Below, piece by piece: positions 62,189-64,000 of a stretch of DNA of 64,000 nt (positions are counted from its first letter, which is position 1; each line of letters starts with the position of its first letter). The position numbers were made by a program, and so were the translations under genes. The DNA is from an uncultured delta proteobacterium. Lineage in GTDB: Bacteria; Desulfobacterota; Binatia; Binatales; Binataceae. The stretch covers positions 269,743 to 333,742 of the forward strand of contig CAVZFW010000001.1 in NCBI GenBank assembly GCA_963774705.1, in the 5' to 3' direction. The notes beneath the pieces are model-generated. The model saw nothing but the letters and a program-made list of their open reading frames with translations, was not told the DNA's origin and did not search any database.

Positions 62189-63373
62189 ATGGATTTCAAC
62201 TATTCGACCGAACAGGAAGCCTATCGCCATTCGGTGCGCTCGTGGCTCGAGGCCAATCAGCCGCCACCGCTGACGCTCGAGGAAAGAGAGCGCATTGACG
62301 AGGACCTGTTGTGGGAACGCAACAAGCGTTGGCACAAGAAGCTCTACGAGCATGGCTGGGTGGGACTCAACTGGCCGAAGGAATACGGCGGACGCGGCGC
62401 CACCTTTATCGAGCAGGTGATCTTTCAGCAGGAACTTGGACGCCTGGGCCTTCCGATGGGCATCAATGTCCTGGGTATCATCATGAACGGCCCCGCGCTG
62501 ATGCAATGGGGCACGGACGCACAGAAGGAGCGCTATCTCAAGCCGATTCTCACCGCCGATGAAATCTGGTGCGAGGGCATGTCCGAGCCGGGCGCCGGTT
62601 CCGACCTCGCTTCGATTCAGACGCGCGCTGATCTCCATGGCGATGAGTTCATCGTCAACGGCCAGAAGGTCTGGACCACGCATGCGCACCGTTCGGATTT
62701 TTGCCAGCTCTTCGTACGGACCGATCCCGAGGTCCCCAAGCACAAGGGCATGAGCGCGCTGCTGGTCGATATGAAGAGCCCGGGCGTGACGGTGAAGCCG
62801 CTCAAACAGATAACCGGCGACTCCGAATTCAACGAGATCTTTTTCGAAGACGTGCGCGTCCCGAAGGAAAACCTGCTCGGTCCGCTTAACGCCGGATGGC
62901 AGGTGCTGGTCGCCACGCTGATGCATGAGCGCTTTGGCATCAGCGAGACTATCGGCGGCACCGAAGTGATTCTCGCCCAGCTAATCGAGATGGCGAAGAC
63001 GATTCCGGTCGAGGGTCATTCGGCAGTCGAGGACGACGAGATCCGCCACCAGATCGCGCAGTTCGCGATTGAAGTCGCGGCCAAGAAATACAACGGACTG
63101 CGTTCGCTAACCAAGCGGCTCAAGGGCCAGCAACCGGGTGCGGAGTCGTCGATCGGCAAACTCATTTCGACGGACCTGTCACAACGGATGACGAAGTTCG
63201 CGACGCGACTCCTCGGCGGCTACGCGATGATCGAGCGCAAATCGCTATTCGCGCCCGATGGCGACTGGATGCGCCGCATCCTCAACGTTGAAATGTTGAC
63301 GATTGCGGGCGGCACTTCGGCGGTGCAAAAGAACATGATCGGCGAACGCATCCTGCAACTGCCCAAGGGCTAA
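62189..63373 (+). CDS. Acyl-CoA dehydrogenase family protein (paralogue of the 55166..56356 gene)
   Basis: 394 aa with the same domain order and similar blocks (CEGMSEPGAGSDL; IAGGTSAVQKNMIGERILQLP). Confidence 0.85.
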   Translation: MDFNYSTEQEAYRHSVRSWLEANQPPPLTLEERERIDEDLLWERNKRWHKKLYEHGWVGLNWPKEYGGRGATFIEQVIFQQELGRLGLPMGINVLGIIMNGPALMQWGTDAQKERYLKPILTADEIWCEGMSEPGAGSDLASIQTRADLHGDEFIVNGQKVWTTHAHRSDFCQLFVRTDPEVPKHKGMSALLVDMKSPGVTVKPLKQITGDSEFNEIFFEDVRVPKENLLGPLNAGWQVLVATLMHERFGISETIGGTEVILAQLIEMAKTIPVEGHSAVEDDEIRHQIAQFAIEVAAKKYNGLRSLTKRLKGQQPGAESSIGKLISTDLSQRMTKFATRLLGGYAMIERKSLFAPDGDWMRRILNVEMLTIAGGTSAVQKNMIGERILQLPKG

Positions 63374-63603
63374 GCGACTTACCCACACCGTCCGCGCCGC
63401 ACTGCGCCCGCTCGTCTATTCGATTCAGCGGTTCGGACGGCGGACGAGTCTTCGCAGCGCAATCCACGGGAATTCGCCTTCAAAGTCAATCTTGTCGGCG
63501 GCCTCAAGTTCTGTCACAAAGCAATGCGCCAGATGAGCGGAATGTAACGAAGCCTGCCATTTTCTCGGCGCCGTTCGACCGTCAGCTCGATGGAGGACCC
63601 GAA

Positions 63604-64000
63604 ATGCCCTTGATGCGATTTGGCGTGCTCGTTGGAACCCTTGGATTCTCACTTCTCGCGTTAATCTTGAACGCGGCCTCCTCCTTCGCGGCCGATGATC
63701 CGAAAGTCAACGCCGGCGATACCGCGTGGGTGCTCACGTCTTCGGCGCTCGTGCTACTGATGACGGCGCCTGGTCTCGCGCTCTTTTACGCCGGAATGGT
63801 GCGGCGCAAAAACGTTCTTGCCACGTTGATGCAGAGCTTCATCATGGTCGCGATCGTTTCTGTGCAGTGGGTTCTCTTCGGTTACAGTCTGGCCTTTTCG
63901 CCGTTTAACATGCTCATTGGCGGCTTGAGCTGGATAGGACTGAGCGGCGTCAGTGCGACGCAGGCCTACCCAAGCTACGCCGCCACCATCCCGCATCAGG
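63604..64000 (+). CDS. amt: Ammonium transporter (Amt family), 3' end beyond the window
   Basis: Hand translation from ATG 63604 gives MPLMRFGVLVGTLGFSLLALILNAASSFAADDPKVNAGDTAWVLTSSALVLLMTAPGLALFYAGMVRRKNVL..., a signal peptide plus the canonical Amt TM1-2 block. It is not in the ORF track because no stop falls within the window. Confidence 0.85.
   Translation, partial: MPLMRFGVLVGTLGFSLLALILNAASSFAADDPKVNAGDTAWVLTSSALVLLMTAPGLALFYAGMVRRKNVLATLMQSFIMVAIVSVQWVLFGYSLAFSPFNMLIGGLSWIGLSGVSATQAYPSYAATIPHQ

Noticed and set aside
62051-62926. 291-aa minus-strand ORF
   Set aside because: Antisense to the second acyl-CoA dehydrogenase gene.
1-64000. CRISPR arrays, rRNA genes, integrase/recombinase genes, toxin-antitoxin pairs
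   Set aside because: Looked for regular short direct repeats with spacers, rRNA-like conserved stretches and tyrosine/serine recombinase motifs near the tRNA-Val. None were seen. The only tRNA-like 3' end pattern (GGTTCAAGTCC) occurs once, at the tRNA-Val.

Overview
This is a high-GC (roughly 60-65%) bacterial chromosomal segment with about 60 recognisable genes, one tRNA, no rRNA and no CRISPR array. The gene content is consistent with a soil lineage in the Acidobacteriota/Planctomycetota/Verrucomicrobiota range, on the basis of a Tat-secreted DUF1501 protein, a DUF3108 protein, a HEAT-repeat protein, an F420-type PPOX protein and a split ChrA pair.

The most striking property is that many genes of obvious identity are read in two to five different frames. 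The whole kdpFABC operon is affected (at least 10 lesions), as are a GT83 (ArnT-like) glycosyltransferase, a SAM methyltransferase, a Zn-dependent alcohol dehydrogenase, a crotonase, a class I fructose-bisphosphate aldolase (fbaB), a phospholipase C/AcpA-type phosphoesterase, pcnB, an nrnA-like gene, thpR and a sigma-54 activator. Meanwhile very long neighbours are perfectly intact: a 1578-aa NAD-glutamate dehydrogenase, a 761-aa membrane protein and a 522-aa GT39.

That multi-hit versus zero-hit pattern looks more like genuine pseudogene accumulation (a genome in decay, or a relaxed accessory region) than like uniform sequencing error. Several single-hit cases do sit in G-rich runs, though, and need read-level verification.

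Other notable structure:
- A polyprenyl-phosphate-sugar glycosylation locus at about 4.4-12.8 kb, with a GT2 ArnC-like gene, two GT-C ArnT/PMT-like genes and methyltransferases.
- A tRNA-Val(CAC) at 27492-27569, flanked on the low-coordinate side by a roughly 5 kb low-GC stretch full of gene remnants (HAD fragment, IS5-family transposase fragment, metallophosphoesterase fragment, decayed phospholipase C/AcpA). On its other side lie an unrecognised, possibly CYTH-like gene with a frameshift and a chrA pair.
- A second AT-rich decayed stretch at about 19.4-21.0 kb containing an MFS-transporter remnant.
- Two tandem kdpF-like micro-ORFs upstream of kdpA.
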